DNA from: Rhodanobacter sp.
GTDB taxonomy: Bacteria > Pseudomonadota > Gammaproteobacteria > Xanthomonadales > Rhodanobacteraceae
Assembly (NCBI GenBank): GCA_004298015.1
Contig: SCSE01000009.1
Coordinates: 13,747 to 77,746 of the forward strand
Direction: 5' to 3'
DNA length: 64,000 nt
The position numbers and the translations under genes are program-made. The notes below the pieces were generated by a model. The model worked only from the letters and a program-made list of their open reading frames with translations, did not search any database and was not told the origin of the DNA. Of the stretch, positions 42,377 through 50,956 are shown one piece after another (the stretch's first letter is position 1; each line of letters starts with the position of its first letter).

Positions 42377-42988
42377 CTACACGTGGGCGGCGACGGCGAA
42401 AAACATGAGATAGACAAGCCGTCCGTTGCCCAGAGTGTCCCCGAAGCCGGGACTCGCGGTATGCCAGAACCATGGCCGCAACAGCAGCAGTCTGTTGAAT
42501 CGCATCGGCACCTGCATGGTCAGTTCCCATTTGTCCAGGTCGTTGCTGTCTTTCTCGACGATCTCCCTGCGAACATCCTCGATCGTGGTCATGCCGGTGG
42601 CCGACAGTTCATCCCGGTTGATCGGCCACCGATCCATGCCAGTGCGACGGTGGCGATAGAATTCAGTGCCACCGGCGCAATCCGGCTCGCGGCTTAAATA
42701 AAGGATCCCCGACCAATGCGACCGGTCCACGTGAATTCGTGAGCGCCCCTGGTCCGCTGCAAGCGTGATGCGGCACTTGGCATGCGACTGCAACGGCTCT
42801 ATCGGCACCAACTTTTCGCCTACCAGCTTGGAAACCTGTTCCGCCAGACCCGAAATCGCCAGTCTTTCGATTGAATTGCGCCCCGCAAACATGGCGTTCT
42901 GCGTCGGGTAGGTCAGCTTCAACGCAGCCTCGCGCACGACGCATGGGTCTTGCAGGAAATCGTCCACGATGACTACTGATGTCGACAT
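42377..42988 (-). CDS. 2OG-Fe(II)-oxygenase-like protein (DUF6445-like)
   Basis: 203 aa. Has an HxD motif (RIHVDRS), GGTEFY and a distal His (WFWHTA), consistent with a double-stranded beta-helix oxygenase fold. The family assignment is tentative. Confidence 0.55.
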   Translation of the reverse strand: MSTSVVIVDDFLQDPCVVREAALKLTYPTQNAMFAGRNSIERLAISGLAEQVSKLVGEKLVPIEPLQSHAKCRITLAADQGRSRIHVDRSHWSGILYLSREPDCAGGTEFYRHRRTGMDRWPINRDELSATGMTTIEDVRREIVEKDSNDLDKWELTMQVPMRFNRLLLLRPWFWHTASPGFGDTLGNGRLVYLMFFAVAAHV

Positions 42989-43091
42989 TGATCTGCAGGC
43001 CTGGCTGCTTTGAATTCGAGGCCAGGAAGATGGCCCCGGACGTGATTACACCTGCGTTGGATCGTGCAATTGCCGCCTTGGTGTCGATCCC

Positions 43092-43604
43092 CTATTTGTT
43101 ACGAACCAGCGCTCTGCGCGCCTTGGACGTATGCGGGCGAAGCGGAGCGGGTGCTGCAGTCTTTATCGGCTGCATGACCACCAGGGTCATCAGCTTTACG
43201 ACACCGTTTTCCGTATTCAGGAATCCCTGGGAAATATCTTTCCATTCGTTCATGTCGCTGACAACGACTTTCAGCAGGTAATCGAAAGGTCCACTCACCC
43301 TGACGACCTCGACAATCTCGGGAATACACAACAGGACATTCTCGAAGTTCCTGAAGGCCGTGGAGAGATGCTGGCCCATGGTCACCTCTGCATAGACCTC
43401 CATCACATCGCGCACTTGCTCCAGGGCGATGCGTGCCTGATACCCGACTATAACGCGGGAGGCTTCCAATGTTCGCAGGCGTGCAAGGCAGGCGCTGGGA
43501 GAAAGTGCCACAATTTTTGCCAGATCGTTGTTGGAAATCCGGCCATCTATCTGAAGTGCTTCGAGAATTTTCAGATCGATACGGTCCAGCTCATGACGGG
43601 TCAT
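43092..43604 (-). CDS. Lrp/AsnC family transcriptional regulator
   Basis: 170 aa with the N-terminal HTH LDRIDLKILEALQIDGRISNNDLAKIVALSPSACLARLRTLE and a C-terminal RAM-like domain. Visibly lower G+C. Confidence 0.9.
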   Translation of the reverse strand: MTRHELDRIDLKILEALQIDGRISNNDLAKIVALSPSACLARLRTLEASRVIVGYQARIALEQVRDVMEVYAEVTMGQHLSTAFRNFENVLLCIPEIVEVVRVSGPFDYLLKVVVSDMNEWKDISQGFLNTENGVVKLMTLVVMQPIKTAAPAPLRPHTSKARRALVRNK

Positions 43605-44024
43605 CTTATCCGGTGTCCTTCGCTATTGGCACTGCAAAATCAAATGCTTAGAGTGAAAAGTAGTGATAATAACGAAATTTTACCTCGGTCACAAAATTTT
43701 CTGCGAAATTTTCATGCTATTCCAAGAAAAAATGCAGAAAATAACGGTTTAACAAATGAAATCAATAACTTCCTTTCGTTGCCGGTGTCATGGACAGGGC
43801 CAGAAGATGATGCTAAAAAATTAACAACCGTATGCATATCCGATTTATTGAATGTGAACGCGGATGGGGGCGAATTTTGTTTCAAATGCAACCAAGGGTG
43901 CTCTAAGCGTCGCCGTCGTGAGAGCGGCACGTGAATTTCCGGCCTGCCTTGTTGCAAGCCTGGCGAGGGCGTGTCCACAATTCCCACAATTATCAATGTG
44001 CAGAAATTATTTAGGGGAATCATC

Positions 44025-46943
44025 ATGATATTAACAAAACGATTGCTTTCATCTGCAATAAAAAGCGCTCTCGCCGTCGGCCTGTTGTCTTTGGTTGGTT
44101 TATCAGTCGCACCAGCCCAGGAAATGGCCGGCTCGAAGTCGCCATCTGTAAAGGACAGCAGTAAACCCGTTCATACAGTCGCGCTGAAGGCGATTACCGT
44201 AACGGGCTCACGTATCCCCAGCGTCGATCTTGAAACGCAGCAACCTATTTTCACGATGACTCAGGAGGACATCAAGAAAACCGGGCTTACCGACGTCGGC
44301 GACATCGTTCAGCAGATGACCATGATGAGCCTTCCCGGCTTCAACAAGTCGTCAGTGCTGAGCGGCGCGGGTGGAAGTTTCGTCAATATGCGCAACCTGG
44401 GTTCGCAGCGGGTACTGGTGCTGGTCAATGGCAAACGCTGGATCTCCGGCATCAACGGTGCCACGGATGTCTCCAATATTCCCGCTGCATTGATAGAGCG
44501 TATCGAGGTACTGAAGGATGGCGCCTCGGCGGTATACGGCTCCGATGCCATCAGCGGCGTGATCAATTTCATCCTCAAGGACCGCTTCAAGGGCTCGCAG
44601 TTCGATGCGTATTACGGGGAGAACCAGGGCGGCGATGCGCAGAGTACGCAATACAGCTTTACCACTGGGGCCGCTACCGACAAGAGTTCAATCGTATTCA
44701 ACGCCAATTACAACAAGCGCGGCGTGGTCTGGACCAATTCGCGCAATCTCACCAACTACGCGTACAGTCCTAACCATCCCAACGGGACCAACGAGGCCGG
44801 ACCCTGGGGTCTTATCTATAACAGCCCCATGAATCCCGGCCAGTATTTGATGTTGAACCATACGGCAACCCAAAGCGCCGATCCGCGGGATCCGGCCAAT
44901 TATCACGTTTACACCGGCAATCCGGCTGATCAATACAACTATACGTCGCAAAAGATGTACCAGATGCCGACTGAGTTGAATTCCATTTTCACCCATGCGA
45001 CGTACAACATCACGGATGCGATCACCGCAAAGGTCACGGCGATGTATTCCGATCGCAAGTCGAGCGACCAGATTGCCGGCAATCCGCTGAATTACAATTC
45101 ACAGCGTAATTTTCCAGTTTATGTCGATGGCCAGAGTTATTACAATCCCTTTCCTGGCACGGATCTGAAATGGAACCGTATGATGACGGAAATTCCGCCT
45201 TACTACCGGCAGGATTACAAGTCCTATCACCTTGACGGCAGCGTCGGTGGTTATTTCGACATCGGCGAGCACGAATGGAATTGGTCGGTCGGATTCAACT
45301 ACAACCATGGTGAAGGTGTTACCCAGGGCACTGGTGAATGGAATCTGCTCGCGCTGCAGAAAGCACTGGGACCGTCTTTTCTGAACGGAAATGGTGTTGT
45401 GCAGTGCGGTACGCCCTCGGCACCCATCCCGCTGGGTAGCAGCTACCAGCTTGGGCAATGTACGCCGGTAGCCATTCTGGCCGGACAGGGCAATATCCCG
45501 GCCCAGGGCTTGGCCTACATCCTGGCACCCAGCACGGATACCTTCGGTTCGACCGACCGCAGCTACAGCGCCGATGTCAACGGCACTCTGTTCGACCTGC
45601 CGGCAGGTGGCCTTGGCGTCGCTGCCGGCGTGGAGTCACGTAAACTGTCCGGGTATAGCCGTCCAGACAGTTTTGCGCAGACGGGATTCACCAGCAGCAA
45701 CGCGGCAAACGCGACTTCGGGTCAGTACCGCGTCAATTCCGCCTACGTCGAGTTGAAAGCCCCGTTGCTGAAGGATCTTCCAGGCATCCAGTCGCTCTCG
45801 GTGGACATCGCGAGCCGCTACTCCCATTACAGCAATTTTGGCAGTACCACGGACAACAAATACAGCTTCGAGTGGAAGCCGATCAATGATCTGCTGCTTC
45901 GGGGCAATTACGCCGAGGGGTTCCGTGCACCGACGTTGCAAGATCTCTTTGGCGGCGGCGGGCAGGGTTACGACCACTACCTGGATCAATGCGACAGCGT
46001 GTATGGGGCGGCGTCCAGCAGCTCCGCCGTGGCTGCCCAGTGTGCAGCACAAGGCGTCCCGTCGAACTTCCGTCAGCGTGATCGCCAGGGGCTACCGATC
46101 ACCTCGGTCGGCGCGACCCAGTCGGCCACGCCCTCGTTCATCGGTGTTGGCAATGCAAACCTCCAGCCCGAGACGGCGGTGACCAAGACCCTGGGGGCGG
46201 TATATAGCCCGAGTTACCTCCCCGGCCTTGACCTGACGTTGGACTGGTACGCAATCCGGATCAACAACGAAATCCAGTCCATCAGCGCTCAGTACGTGGT
46301 GAACCAGTGCTACCTTTACAGCTCTTCGCAGTACTGCGGACAATTCGGTCGCGACGCCACCACGCACCAGATCACGACGCTGAGTCGCGGCAACGCCAAC
46401 CTGGGTCATATCTCCACCAAGGGCTACGACTTCTCGGTGAGCTACCGTTTTCCGGAGACTCGCTTCGGTCGATTCGCCTCGCGTCTGGACAGTAACTACG
46501 TGTCCGAATTCCAGTCGCAGAGCGGTGCCGGCGCAACCGTGGTCAACAGTATTGGGATCATCCCGGAATACCGCATTCGCGCGAATCTCTCCACCAGTTG
46601 GGAGCATGGCTCGTTCGGAGCGACGTGGCGGTTGCGTTACTTTGGAGCCTTGCGGGATGAGTGCTACAGCAAGTCTGAATGCAACCAACCCAATTACCGC
46701 AGCCCGAGCTGGCCGTTTGGTATCGGTGCCAATCGCAAGGGTGCCATTGCATATAACGATGTCAGCGGGCGCTGGAATGCCCCCTGGAACGCAACTTTCA
46801 CCGTCGGTGTGAATAACGTATTCGACAAGAAGCCGTCGCCCCTCTATTCCGCCAAGGATCTCGGTTACAACGGCGCCGTGGGTCTCGATCCGGAACTCGA
46901 TATCGATCGCTACATCTACGTGAGCTACCAGCAGAAGTTCTGA
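44025..46943 (+). CDS. TonB-dependent outer-membrane receptor
   Basis: Starts MILTKRLLSSAIKSALAVGLLSLVGLSVAPAQE after AGGGGA. Plug-domain motifs (ITVTGSR, IERIEVLKDGASAVYGSDAISGVINFILK) and a C-terminal ...YIYVSYQQKF. Confidence 0.9.
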   Translation: MILTKRLLSSAIKSALAVGLLSLVGLSVAPAQEMAGSKSPSVKDSSKPVHTVALKAITVTGSRIPSVDLETQQPIFTMTQEDIKKTGLTDVGDIVQQMTMMSLPGFNKSSVLSGAGGSFVNMRNLGSQRVLVLVNGKRWISGINGATDVSNIPAALIERIEVLKDGASAVYGSDAISGVINFILKDRFKGSQFDAYYGENQGGDAQSTQYSFTTGAATDKSSIVFNANYNKRGVVWTNSRNLTNYAYSPNHPNGTNEAGPWGLIYNSPMNPGQYLMLNHTATQSADPRDPANYHVYTGNPADQYNYTSQKMYQMPTELNSIFTHATYNITDAITAKVTAMYSDRKSSDQIAGNPLNYNSQRNFPVYVDGQSYYNPFPGTDLKWNRMMTEIPPYYRQDYKSYHLDGSVGGYFDIGEHEWNWSVGFNYNHGEGVTQGTGEWNLLALQKALGPSFLNGNGVVQCGTPSAPIPLGSSYQLGQCTPVAILAGQGNIPAQGLAYILAPSTDTFGSTDRSYSADVNGTLFDLPAGGLGVAAGVESRKLSGYSRPDSFAQTGFTSSNAANATSGQYRVNSAYVELKAPLLKDLPGIQSLSVDIASRYSHYSNFGSTTDNKYSFEWKPINDLLLRGNYAEGFRAPTLQDLFGGGGQGYDHYLDQCDSVYGAASSSSAVAAQCAAQGVPSNFRQRDRQGLPITSVGATQSATPSFIGVGNANLQPETAVTKTLGAVYSPSYLPGLDLTLDWYAIRINNEIQSISAQYVVNQCYLYSSSQYCGQFGRDATTHQITTLSRGNANLGHISTKGYDFSVSYRFPETRFGRFASRLDSNYVSEFQSQSGAGATVVNSIGIIPEYRIRANLSTSWEHGSFGATWRLRYFGALRDECYSKSECNQPNYRSPSWPFGIGANRKGAIAYNDVSGRWNAPWNATFTVGVNNVFDKKPSPLYSAKDLGYNGAVGLDPELDIDRYIYVSYQQKF

Positions 46944-46949
46944 CAGGCT

Positions 46950-46990
46950 GGTCCCGCAACTCGGCCGGCTCGACCGGTCGAGTTGCGGGA
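46950..46990 (+). terminator. Strong hairpin downstream of the TonB-dependent receptor
   Basis: GTCCCGCAACTCG(GCCGG) ... (CCGGT)CGAGTTGCGGGAC: a 13-bp perfect stem that can be extended. No T-tract follows. Confidence 0.55.
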
Positions 46991-47071
46991 CATTGACGAT
47001 GGTCGCGCGCGAAGTCTCCAGCATAGCTATCGCATGGTTGCAAACTCGCTGGAGTACGAGGGGTACAATAC

Positions 47072-48184
47072 ATGTTGAAAAAATGTGTGGCAGTTCTGCT
47101 GCTTGGATGTTCACTTGCACTGCCGGTTGGGGCCCGGACCGGAACCCGCGCGGAGCAGACGGTGATGAAAGGCCTTCATCCCGTCGCGGGGAATTTCTTC
47201 ATCAAGAATTTTCGATTTCAGTCGGGCGAGATTCTTCCGGAGCTGAAGCTGCATTACCAGACCCTGGGTGCGCCCCGGCGCGGGCCGGACGGTCATGTGG
47301 TCAATGCCGTGCTGGTGTTGCATGGCACCGGTGGCTCGGGAAATCAGTTTCTTGTCCCCCGGTACGCTGGCGAGCTTTTCGGTCCCGGTCAGCCGCTGGA
47401 TGCATCGAAGTACTTCATCGTCTTGCCGGACGACATCGGGCACGGCCAATCCTCCAAGCCGAGCGATGGCCTGCGTACCCGGTTTCCCCACTACGACTAC
47501 GCAGACATGGTCCGGGCGGAACATGCGCTGATCGTGGACGGACTCAAGCTCGACCATCTGAGGCTGGTCACAGGAACCTCGATGGGTTGCATGCACGCAT
47601 TCATGTGGGGCGAAGATTATCCGCACTTCGTCGACGCCCTGATGCCACTGGCTTGCCTGCCGGTGGCGATCGGCGGTCGCAACCGCATGTGGCGACAGAT
47701 GCTGATGAATGCCATCCGGGACGATCCGGGCTGGAAGGGTGGCGCGTATGTGACCGAACCGAGGCAGGGACTGCGCACGGCGGTGGACATGCTGTTGATT
47801 GCTGGCAGCGCACCGATCGCACTGCAGCGGGATTATCCGTCGGGCCACGACATGCAGGCGTATCTGGCACATACCGTGCCGCATATGGTCGACCTGCTGG
47901 ACGCCAACGACCTGCTTTACCAGGTGGCATCGTCGAGAGATTACGATCCGCACGCACGCCTGGGCGCGATCCGGGCCACGGTCATGTGGGTGAATTCCCA
48001 GGATGACTTCATCAACCCCCCCTACCTCGGCATTGCCCAGCGCGAGGTGAGGAAAATGCCTCATGCGACGTATGTGCTGATTCCCGCCAGTAATGCCACC
48101 CATGGCCATGGAACCCACACCTGGGCTGCGGTATGGAAGTCGTACCTGGTCAAGCTGCTTGGATCGTCTGGAGCTGACAGGTAG
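47072..48184 (+). CDS. Secreted alpha/beta hydrolase, MetX/homoserine-O-acetyltransferase-like family
   Basis: Signal peptide MLKKCVAVLLLGCSLALPVGA, a GTSMG nucleophile elbow, and MetX-like N-terminal strand order (FRFQSGEILPELKLHYQTLG). Confidence 0.8.
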   Translation: MLKKCVAVLLLGCSLALPVGARTGTRAEQTVMKGLHPVAGNFFIKNFRFQSGEILPELKLHYQTLGAPRRGPDGHVVNAVLVLHGTGGSGNQFLVPRYAGELFGPGQPLDASKYFIVLPDDIGHGQSSKPSDGLRTRFPHYDYADMVRAEHALIVDGLKLDHLRLVTGTSMGCMHAFMWGEDYPHFVDALMPLACLPVAIGGRNRMWRQMLMNAIRDDPGWKGGAYVTEPRQGLRTAVDMLLIAGSAPIALQRDYPSGHDMQAYLAHTVPHMVDLLDANDLLYQVASSRDYDPHARLGAIRATVMWVNSQDDFINPPYLGIAQREVRKMPHATYVLIPASNATHGHGTHTWAAVWKSYLVKLLGSSGADR

Positions 48185-48533
48185 CCGCGTGGCGGGCTGG
48201 ACGGCGTCCGTGCGCGGCGATGGCGGGCGTACGTCTTAGCGCTCGCGCAGAATTGACCAGGAAGACGATGATGTTTTCATTTACGGCTGACTATCTGCAT
48301 GATCGAAAAAGTGTCGGCACGCCGCAGGGCAAAGCTCCGTGCGGCCAGGGAAGAGCACATGGCCGTGATCGGCAGCGAAACCGAACGTATCAAACCCTAT
48401 TTTTGCGCTCCACGCATCGAGTACGCCGCTTGATGCCAATTAAGGGCTGAATCAATAGTTCCGGCACGCTGTTAGGGACAGGATCAATGTGCAAAGACTC
48501 GATACAATCGCTAGAGAAGAAAGGATTTTCCCC

Positions 48534-50369
48534 ATGAAACAGCTCCAACAAAGGCTTGTTGTGCGGTCACGCAGGGTTGCGGCTATCCGCACCCGAACCA
48601 CCGCGGTCGTCCTGCTGTTTGCCCTGGGCACTTTCGCCATAGCCAGCGCCCATAACGGAATCGGTCGGGGTGACCGGTATGCGGGGGCCCCCTGGGCGTC
48701 GCGATCGCCGGTGTTGGCACAACACGGCATGGCCGCAACCGAGCAACCGATCGCATCGCTCGCCGCCATCGAAATCCTGAAGAAAGGCGGCAGCGCTGTG
48801 GATGCCGCGATTGCGGCCAATGCGGTGCTCGGCCTGATGCAGCCGGTGCTCAACGGCATCGGCGGTGACGCCTTCGCCATCGTCTACGACCCGAAGACGC
48901 ACAAACTCTACGGTTACAACGGTTCCGGCTGGTCGCCGAAGGATCGCGACCTGGCAAAAATGCGGGCCGAGGTCGCGATGGCCTACACGAAGGCGGGCCT
49001 GAAGCCTTCGGACCAGATTCCCCTGGTCGGTTCGCTCCCGGTCACGGTGCCAGGTGTGGTCGATGCCTGGTTCGCGCTGCACAAGCGCTTTGGCAAGCTG
49101 CCGATGAGCGAAGACCTCGCCCCGGCGATCTACTACGCCCAACACGGCTTTCCGGTTACCGAAATCGTCGCGAAGTACTGGAAGGGCAATTGGAAGGCCT
49201 TCCAGGAGAAACGCGGCCTGATCGATGAGTTCGCCAACGCGAAGAAACTCTACCTGATCGACGGGCATACGCCGTACCAGGGGGAAGTATTCCATAACCC
49301 TGACCTGGCCCACACGCTCTCGATGATCGCCAAGGGCGGACGCGACGTGTTCTACAAGGGCAAGATCGCCCATACCATGGCGGACTACTTCAAGCGCATC
49401 GGTGGCGACCTGCGCTATTCGGACTTTGCCGACTTTCACGGCGAGTGGGTGCAGCCACAGTCGATCAACTACCGCGGCTACGACGTCTACGAGCTGCCGC
49501 CGAATGGCCAGGGCTTCGCCGCGCTGGAGATGCTCAATACCCTCAAGGGCTTCGACTTGAAGAAGATGGGTGTCGGTACGGCCGATACGCTGACCGCGGA
49601 GATCGAAGCCAAGCGCCTGGCTTTCGCCGACCTGGCGAAATACTACGCTGACCCGCGTTTCTACAACGTACCGATGAAAGGCCTGCTATCGGACCGATAC
49701 GCGGACGCACGCCGCAAGCTGATCAACCTGAATCACGCCAACCCGAACATCGGCCCGGGCGCCCCGCGTCTATATAACGGCGATACCACCGATTTCGAGA
49801 CCGCCGACAAGGACGGCATGATGGTGTCGATGATCCAGTCCAACTACGCCGGCATGGGCTCGGGCCTGGTCGCCGACAGGCTCGGCTTCATGTTTCAGGA
49901 TCGCGGTGCGCTGTATTCACTGCACGGCGGGGCCGCCAATGTCTACGCGCCCCGCAAGCGTCCATTCCACACGATCATCCCGGGCTTCGTGATGAAAAAC
50001 GGCCAGCCGTGGCTTGCCTTCGGTGTGATGGGTGGGTCCATGCAACCCCAGGGCCATGTGCAGGTACTGACCAACATGATCGATTTCGGCATGAACGTGC
50101 AGGAGGCCGGTGACGCCGCTCGCTGGCGGCATGTCGGCAGCGCCACGCCCACCGGGCTGCCGGCGAAGGGTGTCGGCACCGTGTTGCTGGAATCGGGTTT
50201 CAACAAAGGCATCAGGGCCGAGCTGGAGAAGCGCGGCTACAAGGTGGAATGGGTGAAGCCAGGCACCGGTTCCTTTGGCGGTTACGAGGCGATCAAGTAC
50301 GACGCCAAGAACCATGTCTACTGGGGTGCCAGCGAAATGCGCAAGGACGGGGAAGTGATCGGCTATTGA
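48534..50369 (+). CDS. ggt: Gamma-glutamyltransferase family protein (Ntn hydrolase)
   Basis: Starts MKQLQQRLVVRSRRVAAIRT (possible twin-arginine leader). Has GGSAVDAAIA and an autoprocessing-site-like NGDTTDFE. Confidence 0.85.
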   Translation: MKQLQQRLVVRSRRVAAIRTRTTAVVLLFALGTFAIASAHNGIGRGDRYAGAPWASRSPVLAQHGMAATEQPIASLAAIEILKKGGSAVDAAIAANAVLGLMQPVLNGIGGDAFAIVYDPKTHKLYGYNGSGWSPKDRDLAKMRAEVAMAYTKAGLKPSDQIPLVGSLPVTVPGVVDAWFALHKRFGKLPMSEDLAPAIYYAQHGFPVTEIVAKYWKGNWKAFQEKRGLIDEFANAKKLYLIDGHTPYQGEVFHNPDLAHTLSMIAKGGRDVFYKGKIAHTMADYFKRIGGDLRYSDFADFHGEWVQPQSINYRGYDVYELPPNGQGFAALEMLNTLKGFDLKKMGVGTADTLTAEIEAKRLAFADLAKYYADPRFYNVPMKGLLSDRYADARRKLINLNHANPNIGPGAPRLYNGDTTDFETADKDGMMVSMIQSNYAGMGSGLVADRLGFMFQDRGALYSLHGGAANVYAPRKRPFHTIIPGFVMKNGQPWLAFGVMGGSMQPQGHVQVLTNMIDFGMNVQEAGDAARWRHVGSATPTGLPAKGVGTVLLESGFNKGIRAELEKRGYKVEWVKPGTGSFGGYEAIKYDAKNHVYWGASEMRKDGEVIGY

Positions 50370-50956
50370 ATCGAGCTGAGTCCGAGACGCATGGTTCGTG
50401 CTTACTCACTGGCTTACTTGTACGGCAGAAATTCAGCGAGCAAGGTTGAAATTTTCGCTTCGTAGTGCGATCGGATCGTGCATGAAGCGAGACGGCCGCA
50501 GGTTGCCCGACGAGCAACTGTTGCCTCTATTTCTGACGGCTGAGAAAGACTTTCTGCCGACATCAGTCATCAAGATTTCGTCCGGTACAAAGTGATTGCG
50601 CACCGAAACAAGTACGTCATGCAGAGCCGCACAAAAGCCATCTAATAACGCTGGATGAGGCATCAAGGCCAGGCTTGCGCCGCTGCGTCATTGCCGAATG
50701 GGCGTGATCAGGCCGCCATCTGGCGGGTGGCTTCAAATTCGGGAACCTTGCCGGAACCACCATGAGGCCGGCTCATTGTATGAGCGATAACGCTATGTAC
50801 CGCCCGATTGACCCTCGCCGCATGGACGGCGGCAGAAACGGAGGCGTGGCAGGATGAGCAAGCCATCAGGAAAATATCAAGGGCGTCGCGATGATGCGGC
50901 ATACCGGCTGGATGACCGGTGCGCCGCATGCAGATCACCCGGCGCGATCGAGCCCG

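Noticed and set aside
43655-43685. A Fur-box-like GATAATAACGAAATTTTAC near the lrp start.
   Set aside because: Only about 11 of 19 positions match the Fur consensus, in a region where A+T-rich matches are expected by chance.
43712-44026. A 104-aa minus-strand ORF in the lrp-receptor intergenic region.
   Set aside because: It lies entirely in A+T-rich promoter DNA and its composition (I/F/N/K-rich) reflects that. It would also overlap the receptor start.
48220-48450. A 76-aa plus-strand ORF between the hydrolase and ggt genes.
   Set aside because: No SD, an odd R/G/Q-rich tail and no recognisable motif. It is more likely the ggt leader/promoter region.
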